From positions 1-64,000 of IMG/VR virus record IMGVR_UViG_3300030329_002830: a DNA stretch of 64,000 nucleotides. One strand, written 5' to 3'. Position numbers and translations under genes: made by a program. The notes beneath the pieces were generated by a model, which saw nothing but the letters and a program-made list of their open reading frames with translations, was not told the DNA's origin and made no database searches. Origin of the DNA: a virus. Below are positions 35,401-43,991 of this stretch, piece after piece (within the stretch, counting starts at the first letter, position 1; every line of letters begins with the position of its first letter).

Positions 35401-36968
35401 ATGGCCAACTTGTTTAGCTCCTCCCTGACCGTATTGTTCGACTTCCCCTCTTTGGCCATTCGAATGGCTTTGGCCATGCCGGGTGAACTGCGCTCGATTT
35501 GGAGAACCTCAATGTCGCTCTCAGACATAGAGGTCGCGACTTTCTTAAACTCAAATACATTCAACTTGCCGCGAGCAAGACCCTGGCTCTCCAGGTCATT
35601 GTATGTGGTCGTGTCGAGCAACATCACAAAAGCAGACCGAAGCTCTTTTTCCTTCTTGGGGTTCGCCTTTATCTGCTTTGAAATCTCGTACATTGCGCGC
35701 AAGTTTTCAGGGATCTTTGCGTCCTGAATGTACTGCTCACGCTCCTGAAAGACTTCAGGCTCGTCGTCAATGGTTGCCGCAAGCGCTTTTCCAGCACCTA
35801 TTGGACCAGCAACGAGATGACCCGCCAAAACGCCAGCGGCGTGGTCGGGCGTAACTGCTTCACGATACTCATCTGAAAGGGCGGCCCGGCCAACACGTAC
35901 AGCCGCATCCTCAAGCGCAAACCGCAGCCCCTCAGTTAGTCCAGCCGATGTAAAGTCAATGATTCTCTCTGGAACACTGGTTCCACGAGTACCAGCCAAC
36001 TCGGCGCGCTCTATTTCGTCGGCTCTCTCTTCAAACGCTTGCCTCGCTTCTTGAACGTATTGATCTGGGTCCTCGACACCCAACCGCTCAGCGGCACCGA
36101 CAGCAGCATCAAGCGCAATAGCGCCCATCCAACCACCGAGCTTTTCAAAAAACATCGACGCTTCTGGAACGCTGGCGTAGTGCGCAGTGCGCCTGGCAAC
36201 ACCATCAATGAATCGACCATCGGTTTGCATTTCAAGAGACGCAAGAGAGCCAACACCAGCGCCAATCATCGCACCCGTATATCCGCCAACCTTAGCACCA
36301 AGCGCAAGCCCGGCAGCCGGCAAGATGTACCCCTCACCGTACTTTCCACCAATTGATGGACCCTTCTCCTCGCCCTCCGGGGTCCACATCTCATTAAGTG
36401 GATCGACTTCCTCAAGGGGAACTCTCCGGTCAGGAAGAAGCTCCTCATGGGCAACCTCCAAAGCCAGCTTCCAACCCTCAAGGTAGTCACCCTTTTCGGC
36501 GTTCTCTTCAAGAATCCCCTCGATCTTGTCCGCTTTGTTTTGCAGCCCAGCAATGCGCTGCGCTGTGCCGGTCAGCGTCGGCCTGGAACCAATGGACTTG
36601 GTTCTGGTGGTCATAGCCCCGATGCCGCGCGGCCTTGGTACACCGATATACCTCAAGTCCTCTACCAACTCCTGAACCTTTTTCTTTCTCTCTTCCTCAT
36701 CCATGTTTTCATGCTGTTCGGCATAGTAGAGTTCTGCTTGCTCTTCCAAGACAAGCAGAAGACCCTCAGATAGAGCCGGGTCGGGCTCCAATACGGGAGG
36801 AGCGGTTCGAGTTTCCTCGAAGTCGGGCGGCTCAAGGTCTTCGAAGACTATCGGCTCATCTACTGGCCCAGTAGTCGGAACAATGTCTTGGGCGTCTGCT
36901 TTTAGATCTGCAAGAATGTCGTCTTCAAAAGAAATCGGCGCATTGGTATCATCTGAACGTGAAGGCAC
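26466..36968 (-). CDS. 3500-aa polyvalent / ejected internal virion protein
   Basis: uninterrupted ORF; ART-PolyVal-like FRRWFG...PLVVYHGT...IYFSD, zincin-like HESGH, HhH-glycosylase-like segment. Confidence 0.85.
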   Translation of the reverse strand: MPSRSDDTNAPISFEDDILADLKADAQDIVPTTGPVDEPIVFEDLEPPDFEETRTAPPVLEPDPALSEGLLLVLEEQAELYYAEQHENMDEEERKKKVQELVEDLRYIGVPRPRGIGAMTTRTKSIGSRPTLTGTAQRIAGLQNKADKIEGILEENAEKGDYLEGWKLALEVAHEELLPDRRVPLEEVDPLNEMWTPEGEEKGPSIGGKYGEGYILPAAGLALGAKVGGYTGAMIGAGVGSLASLEMQTDGRFIDGVARRTAHYASVPEASMFFEKLGGWMGAIALDAAVGAAERLGVEDPDQYVQEARQAFEERADEIERAELAGTRGTSVPERIIDFTSAGLTEGLRFALEDAAVRVGRAALSDEYREAVTPDHAAGVLAGHLVAGPIGAGKALAATIDDEPEVFQEREQYIQDAKIPENLRAMYEISKQIKANPKKEKELRSAFVMLLDTTTYNDLESQGLARGKLNVFEFKKVATSMSESDIEVLQIERSSPGMAKAIRMAKEGKSNNTVREELNKLAIGSFAMVPGMYASVNGAIPTMPELEEWAERKLKAVDASGGDQMRTLQHWIQRTMMDVEEHEGNLYVVESTGSKWFRWLGGAAPEVYLAPMEAYAGLIGDTEGLLRAPDSPMGVAAIALARIGTGEVGVQPRITDIMKTQGMSTDDEGYVAGNYLSILADFGTPWETPFLKTAGRMVRTGVVQPMQAVRLAKAGQKAGIGPQGFLAGMSPWAYKHRYGLEDADAVTAANHFYKAAADSAVAQGKSPLDILPSNTKDQVSEALRVYGIEPEEALGVYADTVRQGRDVFTRARDMAASGNAPTDRAMRQGQGYQDFSRTLDEFAQDGRWDARANPMIKAVFETLAARMASDPDVPIASVNEFFDNVIRVQRDGTPGQFARFQLSDEIPDLNPAPYKSTLDTMSDLARVDVPDKLRPIEAEYTKTNRASRGQKIAKDAAQHDGFGEYRQALSSVLKERLGETFNGYALMSKTMLKAWRNGRVSGPVSVSLTPEGSHALKRHHTRRSQKNLVMVEVPVRADDVWMLGSLDDLEIVVSVQGQPAKNLKGYPLGVQGSGVTRAVSLEDLRGVLGDLRINPDKDAFFKKRLAEMTGKTSVDEISASQRVQVLAETLNGYMNKEFAKGKTKDVPKIPQERINELIERYTDISPRGSGVPSALTRTTRVSDANLERPVPYGTSPRNAKASFERIDEIRAGLGDVNPIENDRLWNKFWSAVTGNKQVLQPPWKAREYLTDPNSMVSLLKRLTPGQIEEANFGVELTSQIGGLYKAGQADVVLTGQLLLWSILSRSLSSYPHEAAFIDAFLANVKPYIRSAARGDFAKAADGYPKGSPELDRFLVWVGSKSEKPDAIKRLLSAGEITKDEAKVMRAQKPVINPDGPGGGALANLNSFGKQFLFKMSKPLPSDHPNAGQIPLQVLHDMILDQSMPSKQIRRNYFSLVEKSGVDNKILSFLLLVAGRTDVTVIDRVQANHFWDSATRNYGGMRDIYESFAKKTTAEAWQRWAKNPHPISTKRGMAEVLNGARGLALYEVIEEAILANMDSAYRAVGREGAGSIGRFHWESWVASSGQEVGHNTLSILLREALNVREPARGVYVREGKFAMRRYGMHYVPLDDGRRVYILEDSAGRPYILDQSAVRAYYDVLDKHTKNKNIENRIVPRGFKISDPASAGIPWFTRPGVDRVALDRLIADVGRRATLEEALLLKARARRDFGVVDFPRERLKFDGDPPAISFGQKAAARQVEEPVTPVSETPAFRRWFGGSMVVDDAGEPLVVYHGTSRDFDAFERGNIEGAFGSSIYFSDDVVDVNRNYARIEGPDIKSRVDREIDRIESLADFDEVDILDAARRLKQTPELRRLIDAEDADGLIDAYESDIIEQMARQAALGDQQFSVLPVYLKMENPVYLDPSGKKGRTVFELEYVYDDVGDIVDEKGSAIRLFETIDEVASEFDAVDEVARFKESLFDDLADGEIDATTLMDRIREGDWFIDDPDTGNTANAEFMRVVFERMGFDGIVADAHYHFGPRKQFGVTRRGMEGVKPGTYHYMVFEPTQIKSKFNRGTFDPADPRVRYMMGEGEALGYFEWDPVAAKYVVALFRNGDINTLWHESGHLVSAIMGNKWMNKLVRHFEHEVMPDGTYRLTDFGEEQLADAWMHYMQSKFSPSGPVKRLFEQLLWSIKEIWRRLRGQDPAIPREMKDLWDRWLRPDQQVRQYASTTQAQVMKKRHPTVVVDPARAARIEAEAVKKAGRAREAARVDLRPESVRQALGGKSEVYFEDISANPDVHEWAPRRRPVSAEVDVVEVVNNAIAYVATEHFKRGLIGDEWVRLTKRTFIPRSRMKRIERSVKHRIAAALGDHPKNLKTYNANESLPEDVSRRLGAQPGFTMRYDQPIIELSPAQAAGMKTLVHELGAEPMSNIMPDFMLDGAADFTLMGVEQYNRILEVMIDVEAGVSARATRYAENISPTLGHAMVNAVNTMSKIAAKRSGKVRTIRNKIIENFKTSGFGDDYIDPVPRGVVQESLRELNTIDRWLLQMADRAIKTDNATVWREVYKSMIGQLVAPVNVGDTSRLFGLVDRLSGVLEAESRRLGRMQRGEIASGDEVAQLTRMEINDQLDAIQGLLQNSNGLTDHERSALRILRTYEDTPTEALTDADLYAIGDGIREIHHGLWTRKEDVVSRAKEIIMSLEGTSDANLLIERAEIEYRMVYDWFYNGDFESLFDWAGLRGRDIGASPEAIPEYDQSLAMLEMVARMRANEIVSKMTRNLAEYGVTLDARKMTEHRKFGPGTSLDRDKFVDRVAFYINKEMSWDSNAFLRRKTDTTPAKYDPAPAPPNNMFNLHDLPEDAGPGRWGIGTKDMVAYTKAHDLLAGWGFKLGKGKWQRYTMPDGTEALVPLMLIKEIEDAVSRATNVGQAWTGWAGKGRVLKSARGNVALESPTEKTKSVRAQLHLAKAFDTIMDLNPVTASRIKMGVTTGLGLPNPAYYAGVSLGALFQAYQTQGFFAAGKYLAKMPGSFLKMVGRRPDMVGAVVARMWKEGGYTPHAPAIVTRFGQVYTDDMIGHLAIRHGMKSSFIQAETAQAISRDIEQRMPKLAGFIRRSPKWWQQNMIETATAIDNYFRVSIFVDELAMGKSPSAAADIARKAGFDYSDLTEFERKFMRNTVMFYSYQRKNIDLFWDTFLRNPQRLIAQMRLIRGSQRLVLDEEDPLLVLPEWMDTRLFAGSIGNYHNQHRQKGTAFLLPMLPVEDAIRLMADIYDVAAFKESQRGKDAFRGLVSRATPWVQAPFIVAGEKDFYFGYDINRNNVVPAWLIELDANMFGGQLYEFLEVKWEPVDNKAYEDAPGRGRYVATNGTHWWMWRNLLQIPGAGRSMDTISAMDRANLGPVETAVELSALFREHARHPLEEAGWLEAPTARRMVGGEGWRGDTMLPRPNLYEDDPTDFSILEFYGLMGARPKPLEHEYAREAKLYKDQIYVLERALKEYEPSEPE

Positions 36969-37004
36969 TGCGCTATCTCCTGTGCAGCAATCATATCAAG
37001 TTTG

Positions 37005-37934
37005 CTACTCAGATGGCAAAAGTCTAATTGTGCCCGTACTGGGGTCAAACTCATACCGACCGCTACTACCTTTTGGCGATATGATTTGGGTTCCTGAGCC
37101 TTCCCCAGAGGTGAGCAGTTCAATGCGGCCCCCCGTCTGGCCGGGTGTTATCGGAAGCGTTTCAATGCGGCCCCCCGTCTGGCCGGGTCTTATCGGAAGC
37201 GTTTCAAAGTACGGATTCTCGCTCATCCCCTCAATCAAAACGTCTTCGCTGCCCCCGCCCTCTTCCTCGCTACCTGGACCATGCTTCATGACCCACCCGC
37301 CGGGTATCCCCAGGCGCCTTCTTGTGTGGCGAGCACGCTTTTCAACCAAGTCCATGTAGTCGCCAGCGGTTCTGATTCCCTTGTTCTGACGCTTAAAACG
37401 CTCAAGGCTTGACGGTGCGTTTCGACGATACCAGTCTTCAATGTCGTAGTCACGACCCTTGCCCAGAGCCCTGGGAAAGAACACAGCCATGCCAAGGTCA
37501 CCAGCAGTCTTCATTCTGCCCTTGTACGGCATCAGATAGCTGCGAACAAAGTGCAACTGCATGTCCGAGTCCATGTTCTTGAAAGCTTCTTCTGCTTCGT
37601 CTTGTTGTTTGCGAGACCACACCTGCCGTTTTCCGCGAACCGTTGGCTCAAAGCCAACAAACCCGGCCTCATTTAGCAGGCGGGCAGCAGTCTTCGGCAT
37701 GAACTGAATCAGGCCAACAGCACCACTGCCGGCAAGGTTCGGCTGGGCCGGGTCGAATGTGCCTCTTGTCTCGGTATCAATCTGATTGGCCAGAATCATT
37801 GGGTCGATTTCGAGATCGTCGGCAACCTCAACAAGCCGATTGGCAAAGTCTGGTCCAATCTTATCACCATACGCCTCCAGAATTCCGCCCGCGCGAGCCT
37901 GAATGTCTGGCGTATATCGACCTGGAGCAGCCAT
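37005..37934 (-). CDS. virion-associated lytic transglycosylase (lysozyme-like fold)
   Basis: IDTET (catalytic Glu candidate)...SGAVGLIQFMPKTA. Confidence 0.8.
   Translation of the reverse strand: MAAPGRYTPDIQARAGGILEAYGDKIGPDFANRLVEVADDLEIDPMILANQIDTETRGTFDPAQPNLAGSGAVGLIQFMPKTAARLLNEAGFVGFEPTVRGKRQVWSRKQQDEAEEAFKNMDSDMQLHFVRSYLMPYKGRMKTAGDLGMAVFFPRALGKGRDYDIEDWYRRNAPSSLERFKRQNKGIRTAGDYMDLVEKRARHTRRRLGIPGGWVMKHGPGSEEEGGGSEDVLIEGMSENPYFETLPIRPGQTGGRIETLPITPGQTGGRIELLTSGEGSGTQIISPKGSSGRYEFDPSTGTIRLLPSE
37119..37207. repeat. 42-bp tandem duplication (ETLPIxPGQTGGRI x2)
   Basis: two near-identical copies seen directly. Confidence 0.85.
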
Positions 37935-40861
37935 CAGAGACCTCGAATCGCTGCATCCACCGCGCTGGTGTCAACTGGAGGAGTTGCAGCCGCAACCGGA
38001 GCCGAGGCTGCTGGCTTACTCAAGCCTTCAATTTGCTGGGTAAGTTTGGCTATTTGTTGGTTAACTGTGTCAAGCTGTTTTGCCCTACCTCTCACTGATG
38101 CATTGAGGGCCTGCAATTGGCGGTTCTTAACATCAATTTGAGACTGAATATCAGGGGTAGGCTGCGGCAAGCTCTCAACCTTGGCTCTCAACCTTTCGAC
38201 CAAGCCTTTCTGTGCAGCGATTTCTTTTTCAAGTGGGGCTGCCAGTTTGGCGTGTTCTTCGATCACTTTTTCAAATTCAGAATCTTCTCTATTCCATTGT
38301 TCCTCAGGAAATTCAGCCTTGAAAGCAGCCATAGCCTCACCAAGCTTTCCATCGTTTTGCTGATCACGGGCCCTCGATGCAAGGTATCGAGTGACAATGT
38401 CTTGATCTACTTCCTCAGGGATGCCAAACGGATCATTCATATCCACATCCGATTCAGGTGGGCTTTGAAGAAAGTCCCTAAACCTTGGGTCCAGTTCGCC
38501 GGTACGAATTTGTCTATCGAACTCAGCGCCTTGCATCTTTGCTTTCAGGTCAGAATCTTCTTCACCGAGAGTTTCCACAAACATGTCCCTGTAGCGACCA
38601 TACTGGGCCTCAAGAGTTTTCGTTGTATCGGCGTCCTTGTCTCTCTTCTGTCTCAACTTTTCAATTGCCTCGTCCGATTGGGCCATTGCCTCAAACGTGC
38701 CTTCACCCCCGCGCGCAGCAATCACCTTTTCATGCCCAGCTTTTTGGGCACGAATCACATTCTTAATTTTAGCAAGCTTCGTTTCGTCCGCCTTTAGGGC
38801 CGCCTCTCGCTCTTTCAGCAACTGTCGCGCCTCAACATTGCGGCCTTGGGCAGTCAGCGATTCTCTCAACGAAGCCAACGTCTCTTCGATTTCCCGTTTC
38901 TCTTTTGCCAGTGTCTCGTCTGGTGCAAAGCTTTTTACAAGCGTGTCTCTTCTGGTCTGAAGATCCTCAAGTCTCAACTCAAGTGGTTCTAAGTCTTTTG
39001 GATCGAAGGCGTCCAAGCTTGATGGTGGAGGGGGCGCTGGTTCAGGCGTGGGTTCCTGAAGAATTTCAGACCGAAAGGTTTGAGCCATCTTTCTTCTTTC
39101 TGGGCCTTGCTCAAAGTCTTCTTCTACTTCCTCTCTGTATGAACCCAGCGCACCCTTAAGGCCATCAAAAGAATCATTCCGTTCAGCAGTACCTGGCTTG
39201 GTTGCCCTCATGCGCTCGAACGACTCATTGATTTGCCTAAGCAGGTTGTCTCCATATTCACCGCGCACCTCTTCAGGGAGAACCGCAATGAACTGACGTA
39301 GACCCTGTACATTCTTTACGTAGGTCTCTGGGTTATTCGGGTCGTCGGTCTCAATCTTATTAAGAAATTCTTCGTAAATTGCCCCAACCTCACCAAACTC
39401 GTACCGCTTTGGATCCTTGATCGCCTCATCAACAAAGACCTTCCATTCATCGGGCTTCATAGTCTCAGAACGGGCTTCGTTGAGCTTTTCGTAGCTTGGA
39501 TAGCCCATACCAATGGCGATCATTTCTTGGGCAGAGGGCGGAAACGCATCAATCTGTTCGAAGAGTCCCGTAAAGATTCCTACACCTTCACTCTGATCTG
39601 CCGCGTCTTTACTCGCCACTAGAGAAGATGCTTGGCCAAGCTGATCGGACATGTAGCTATAGAAGTTCCCACCGAACTCGTCTTCACCGGGAAGGATGGT
39701 TCCGACCGTGACTGGCTTGATTGGCATTTGTTGCACAGGCGGCGGCGTAGGCGTGTCTTCAAACCGCCGAGTGCCGGGCGCGTACCCGTACTTATCCTCG
39801 AAAGCAATCCGCTCTCGCTGGTACTTGGCCATCTCTCTTTCTGACTCAAGCGCCATGCGCATGACTCTTGGGGAAGCCCCAATCGCAGCAGCCCCAATCA
39901 TTGGTGGCATGGCCAGTGCATTGCCAAGAATCATCTGAGCCATGTTGGTCCTGGCCCCTTGGCCTGCGTAGCCAGGCATGTTCTGGCCGCCCATTGACTT
40001 AGTGATCAACTCACTGATTAGCTTATCAATCTCGTCAGCTTGACCCACCTTTGCTTGGGCCAGCATGTCTGGAGTGACCTTCTGACCTTTAGCAAGCGGG
40101 TAGCCAAACTCGCGATTTGCCACAACCCTCATTGATTCGATTTCTTCATCCAAGCTTTCGATGCCGGGATTGACTGCTCTCGTTGCCATGTCTCGCGCAG
40201 TCTTTGTATCGAAAACTGGGTATGTAGATGCAATGTACTCTTCAGGTTCTCTGCCATTAAAGAACTCTTTGACTATGGCGTTGTACCCTTCCATGTGGCG
40301 AGAGTCTTCGTTGGCGGCAGCTTTTGCCTGCAACGCAATATCTTTAAGGAGTGCATCCTTTGTTGCTTGGTTTTTAGCCTTCAAAGTCTTGTCGGCTGTG
40401 ACCCCTTGGGCGCGCTTAAGCCACGTATCGGCATAGTTTGGTGTCGTCTGTCTTTTCACGCCTTGTTCGACCGCAGTTACGTTATTCGTGAACCATTTTG
40501 TGGCATGAGGAGTTTCCGTTCGCCAATCAAGCATGGCGCGGTTTTTATCAGATGCGTCAATGTAGTCTTTCGCCAACTTGCTGATTTGCGCTTTGTCTTC
40601 TACAAGGGCCTGTGTGCGAGTGTCTTGCAGCTTCATCAGCGCCTGTAGAACAGCCGCTGGGCTGACCGTTGCACCGCTACGGGCCTTCTTGATCTTCTGT
40701 AGCTCTGTGACCATCTTGAGCGTCTGCAACGTGTCGCTGCCGCCGCCAGATGAACCTTTGCCAGCCATATACTGCTGTGCGGCGAAATCCCTTTGAGGGT
40801 CCATGTTCCTGCGCCAGGTGTCGATATAGGTAGTGTAGTTCTGTGTAAATTGATTTGCCAC
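37934..40861 (-). CDS. helical/coiled-coil internal virion (ejection) protein
   Basis: 975 aa, long heptad stretches, position among ejection genes. Confidence 0.6.
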   Translation of the reverse strand: MANQFTQNYTTYIDTWRRNMDPQRDFAAQQYMAGKGSSGGGSDTLQTLKMVTELQKIKKARSGATVSPAAVLQALMKLQDTRTQALVEDKAQISKLAKDYIDASDKNRAMLDWRTETPHATKWFTNNVTAVEQGVKRQTTPNYADTWLKRAQGVTADKTLKAKNQATKDALLKDIALQAKAAANEDSRHMEGYNAIVKEFFNGREPEEYIASTYPVFDTKTARDMATRAVNPGIESLDEEIESMRVVANREFGYPLAKGQKVTPDMLAQAKVGQADEIDKLISELITKSMGGQNMPGYAGQGARTNMAQMILGNALAMPPMIGAAAIGASPRVMRMALESEREMAKYQRERIAFEDKYGYAPGTRRFEDTPTPPPVQQMPIKPVTVGTILPGEDEFGGNFYSYMSDQLGQASSLVASKDAADQSEGVGIFTGLFEQIDAFPPSAQEMIAIGMGYPSYEKLNEARSETMKPDEWKVFVDEAIKDPKRYEFGEVGAIYEEFLNKIETDDPNNPETYVKNVQGLRQFIAVLPEEVRGEYGDNLLRQINESFERMRATKPGTAERNDSFDGLKGALGSYREEVEEDFEQGPERRKMAQTFRSEILQEPTPEPAPPPPSSLDAFDPKDLEPLELRLEDLQTRRDTLVKSFAPDETLAKEKREIEETLASLRESLTAQGRNVEARQLLKEREAALKADETKLAKIKNVIRAQKAGHEKVIAARGGEGTFEAMAQSDEAIEKLRQKRDKDADTTKTLEAQYGRYRDMFVETLGEEDSDLKAKMQGAEFDRQIRTGELDPRFRDFLQSPPESDVDMNDPFGIPEEVDQDIVTRYLASRARDQQNDGKLGEAMAAFKAEFPEEQWNREDSEFEKVIEEHAKLAAPLEKEIAAQKGLVERLRAKVESLPQPTPDIQSQIDVKNRQLQALNASVRGRAKQLDTVNQQIAKLTQQIEGLSKPAASAPVAAATPPVDTSAVDAAIRGL

Positions 40862-40870
40862 AGTAGCCTC

Positions 40871-41443
40871 TTAGGTCAGGTCCAAGTAAAGCACCAATAG
40901 CTTATCACCCGCAGTGCTTGTACCACCAACATTGCTAATATAGTCTTTCGACTGAATCTTGAACTCAGATGTTCTATCCGTGATGAGGCCGCTTGTGCCA
41001 TTTTGCTCGTAAACATAAACGAGCGCATCACCCACATTGATTCCAGTTAGCTTGAAAGACCCGGCAGCAGCGCCAGTAAGAACTGCCTGCTTCATGAAGC
41101 CATCAGCAAGCTTGGTCTTGGTCACAGCGCCAGGCGCAATCAAGTCAGAGTCCACAAAGCCAGAAGCAAACAAGGCCCGTGTCGCGGCGTTGGCAGCAAA
41201 TGAGCCAACCGAAAAAAGCACAGACACGACCGCGTTGGTCAAAGCGCCTGGCGCAATCTTGTCCTGAAGGGTCGAGCTATCAAAGAAGCCGTCTTGAATG
41301 CGGCTCCTACCAGGCTTGTTTGCCGGCAACAATACTCTTGGAAGCCTGGTTTTAGGTGAGGCATCACCAGAAAGTGAAAACCTGCGCCTACCGCTTTCTG
41401 TGCGGTCGTCGGCAGCAACTGATCGTCCGTTGCGCCATGCCAC
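40871..41443 (-). CDS. putative virion protein
   Basis: KIAPGALT / LIAPGAVTKTKLAD fibre-shaft-like repeats. Confidence 0.55.
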   Translation of the reverse strand: MAWRNGRSVAADDRTESGRRRFSLSGDASPKTRLPRVLLPANKPGRSRIQDGFFDSSTLQDKIAPGALTNAVVSVLFSVGSFAANAATRALFASGFVDSDLIAPGAVTKTKLADGFMKQAVLTGAAAGSFKLTGINVGDALVYVYEQNGTSGLITDRTSEFKIQSKDYISNVGGTSTAGDKLLVLYLDLT

Positions 41444-41445
41444 TA

Positions 41446-42555
41446 TTATTTCACGCTGCCCGGAATATGGTATGGAGACCAGACAGGAACAGACCCTCCA
41501 TAGATATTTTGCGACAGTATTTGGTCATTAACATCAAACTGAGGGGGCTTAGACAAAAACGGAGGATTGGAAGCCACAGGCGCAATTGGGGGCGTGGGAG
41601 GCTCAGTCGCATAGCCGGGAAACCATTCTTCATGGGCCCCCACAGCAACAGCCCCTTGTGCAATTTCTCTCTGTTTTTGAAAAAGGTTGTGGTGCTTAGT
41701 TGACAGCCGCTCGGAGACGTCTTTGCCGGCCTTGCCTCGCTCAGCAATTTCACGTTCAACACCTAACAATTTCTGGCCAGTCGCCGCATATTGGCCAGGA
41801 GCCCTGATTGCGGTTTTGTATTCCTTAGGCGTCATTCCATACTGGGCAGCAGCAGCCTTTGTTTGTGCCCCTTGAGCCACTGCACCTGCGATAGATGGCG
41901 CAACTGAAGACAAAAGCTCTCCACCAACCCGAAAGGCCCCAGACAGCAGATTCATCTTCGCTTGTCGCTGACGCTCTCTTTCTTGAACGTCATACGCAAA
42001 CCGGGCTTGTCGGGCGGCATACTTTTCAGCCGACTTCTGCGCTGCCTCTGCGGCCTCTTCCTTGCTCCGCTGAGCACGGGCAGCTTCCTGGTATCCTCTG
42101 AAAGCTTCCTGCTCTGCCCTGGCTGCACGCTCTTGCTGGCCGGCAGAGGTCCGCACGTCCGAGGCGGCGGTCGCGGCCTCTCTGCGCCTTCTGGCCTCAG
42201 CAGCCATGGCGCGGCCCGGCGCTGTAAGCTCCTCTTCTCTGGCCACACGCTGCCGCGACGACCACCAGATTGGACCGCCCGTGTATGGCGGAGGAGCGAC
42301 ACCGGGGGCACTCTCAATGGCGTAGGCCATGCCCAACTGAAGAGCACCAAGACCTGCGTTAACGCCAGCAGTACCAAGAGCAACCTTTTGCCATGCTTGA
42401 GCCTGCGCCTGCTGCCCAGTCGCTTGGAACCACGCTGCGCGTTGAGATGGGTCCATCTGAGTGAACATCATCATGGAGTACGGATCTCGACTCATGGTGC
42501 CGACAGCAGCGCCCGGCTGAGCTTGTGACAAATCTTTTGGAAGAGGCTTAGCCAT
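41446..42555 (-). CDS. Ala/Gln-rich ejection/pilot-like protein
   Basis: hydrophobic Gly/Ala segments plus coiled coil. Confidence 0.55.
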   Translation of the reverse strand: MAKPLPKDLSQAQPGAAVGTMSRDPYSMMMFTQMDPSQRAAWFQATGQQAQAQAWQKVALGTAGVNAGLGALQLGMAYAIESAPGVAPPPYTGGPIWWSSRQRVAREEELTAPGRAMAAEARRRREAATAASDVRTSAGQQERAARAEQEAFRGYQEAARAQRSKEEAAEAAQKSAEKYAARQARFAYDVQERERQRQAKMNLLSGAFRVGGELLSSVAPSIAGAVAQGAQTKAAAAQYGMTPKEYKTAIRAPGQYAATGQKLLGVEREIAERGKAGKDVSERLSTKHHNLFQKQREIAQGAVAVGAHEEWFPGYATEPPTPPIAPVASNPPFLSKPPQFDVNDQILSQNIYGGSVPVWSPYHIPGSVK

Positions 42556-42564
42556 ATCGTTCCC

Positions 42565-43125
42565 CTATGCGACCGTGCCTGACCAGCCCTTGCGAGCCTT
42601 CATTGAATCCCAGCCGGAACCACCGCCAGAGGCCGCACCGCCGACACCAGCCATTCCCTGAGACAAGACTACGTCGGCATCGCCACGGCGAACACCACCG
42701 CCCTTTGCGGCCCTTTGAGCCATCGCTGACTCAGCGGCAGCGGCGCTTTCTTGTGCCTTTGACTCACGCCAAGCAATGTTGGCCTGCTCCTTCTCTTGCT
42801 TCTCTGCCAGCTTCTTCTGGTACTTGGTGTCTGCGGTAGCCTGCGCGCGGGCTTCCTCTTCGGCCTTCCCGCCCTTCTTTCCGAATAGACTTCCAATACC
42901 AAAGCCCCCGGCTGTACCAATAGCGCCGCCAATTGCAGCCCCAGCCGCAGCAGTAAAAGGATTAAAGCCCCCCCCAGCGATGCCACCAATAATTCCACCA
43001 ATCGCCGCACCCGCGCCACCGCCAACCGCCGTGCCACCCGCCTGGCCGCGAGCCTTGGCTTCCATCCTGCGCTGGTCAGCGTAGCGGTCAACCTGCCGCT
43101 TCTCGTATGCGCTAAGCCGTGCCAT
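42565..43125 (-). CDS. glycine-zipper DNA pilot/ejection-like protein
   Basis: GGGAGAAIGGIIGG...GAAIGGAIG plus coiled coil. Confidence 0.6.
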   Translation of the reverse strand: MARLSAYEKRQVDRYADQRRMEAKARGQAGGTAVGGGAGAAIGGIIGGIAGGGFNPFTAAAGAAIGGAIGTAGGFGIGSLFGKKGGKAEEEARAQATADTKYQKKLAEKQEKEQANIAWRESKAQESAAAAESAMAQRAAKGGGVRRGDADVVLSQGMAGVGGAASGGGSGWDSMKARKGWSGTVA

Positions 43126-43151
43126 TAGAAACCCTCAAAGTCAGTCTAACA

Positions 43152-43991
43152 TTATTCCGTTCTATCACGGTAAATCCTTGCCGCGCTCAGGACAAAGTTT
43201 CGCGGGTCAACATAGATGTGTTTCACCCTGTGGCCCTCTTTGGTTCCATCGTCATCTTCAAGCGCAAAGTAGCCATTCCCTGAGATGTTCTTAAGCAGAT
43301 ACATCACGCCAACCCAAATGTGGTGTGTACCAGGGTTTAGTTCCTGCATCCAAGTTAGGCTAAAGTTTTGACGCCTAAACTTGTATCCAGTATCGGAAGT
43401 TGCATACAAAACCCTACGTGTTGAAAATACAGACTTCCTGTCAGCATTCCCTGAGTCTGGGCTTTGGTATTGAAGCATAAACATAGCACACCTGTCATCC
43501 AGGGCTACATTCTTATCTTCCCGTTTGGAGTACCCCGTGTCTCCCCCAGACTCCATTGAAAACCAGTTTGCATTGACTGTAACCAACGACCTGGAGTCCA
43601 AGTGAATAGACCCTGAAAGCCCCTCAACAGGGGTAAAAAGACCATCAGCCTGCGGAATCGCATCATCATACAAACCAAGGTTTGGCGGCGCCCCAATCTT
43701 ATCTTCCCTGTACCAACCACCCTGCTCATGTCGGTAGTACCGAGACTCAATGTTGTGCGGACGATACCTGTAGTGCGTATCACCCGACACAGCCTCCACT
43801 CGGGGCGCTGGTGATCCGTAAAACTCCGGCTTGAAAACATGGCGGGAGTCGACCCACGGGTCGGTTTTCAAGTCTTCTTCGTTGATGCTGCCGTTGACCC
43901 AGTTCTCTAACTCACCGAATCTATCGGCAATAGAATCCGGGCTAAACGGGTCGCCTGGTGTAAATGTAGACCAGCCTGGACCAAGAGGCAT
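43152..43991 (-). CDS. putative tail protein
   Basis: ORF in tail module, coupled to neighbours. Confidence 0.55.
   Translation of the reverse strand: MPLGPGWSTFTPGDPFSPDSIADRFGELENWVNGSINEEDLKTDPWVDSRHVFKPEFYGSPAPRVEAVSGDTHYRYRPHNIESRYYRHEQGGWYREDKIGAPPNLGLYDDAIPQADGLFTPVEGLSGSIHLDSRSLVTVNANWFSMESGGDTGYSKREDKNVALDDRCAMFMLQYQSPDSGNADRKSVFSTRRVLYATSDTGYKFRRQNFSLTWMQELNPGTHHIWVGVMYLLKNISGNGYFALEDDDGTKEGHRVKHIYVDPRNFVLSAARIYRDRTE

Noticed and set aside
26520-40796. Many + strand ORFs opposite the large structural genes
   Set aside because: Antisense shadows of long minus-strand CDSs, without RBS or motifs
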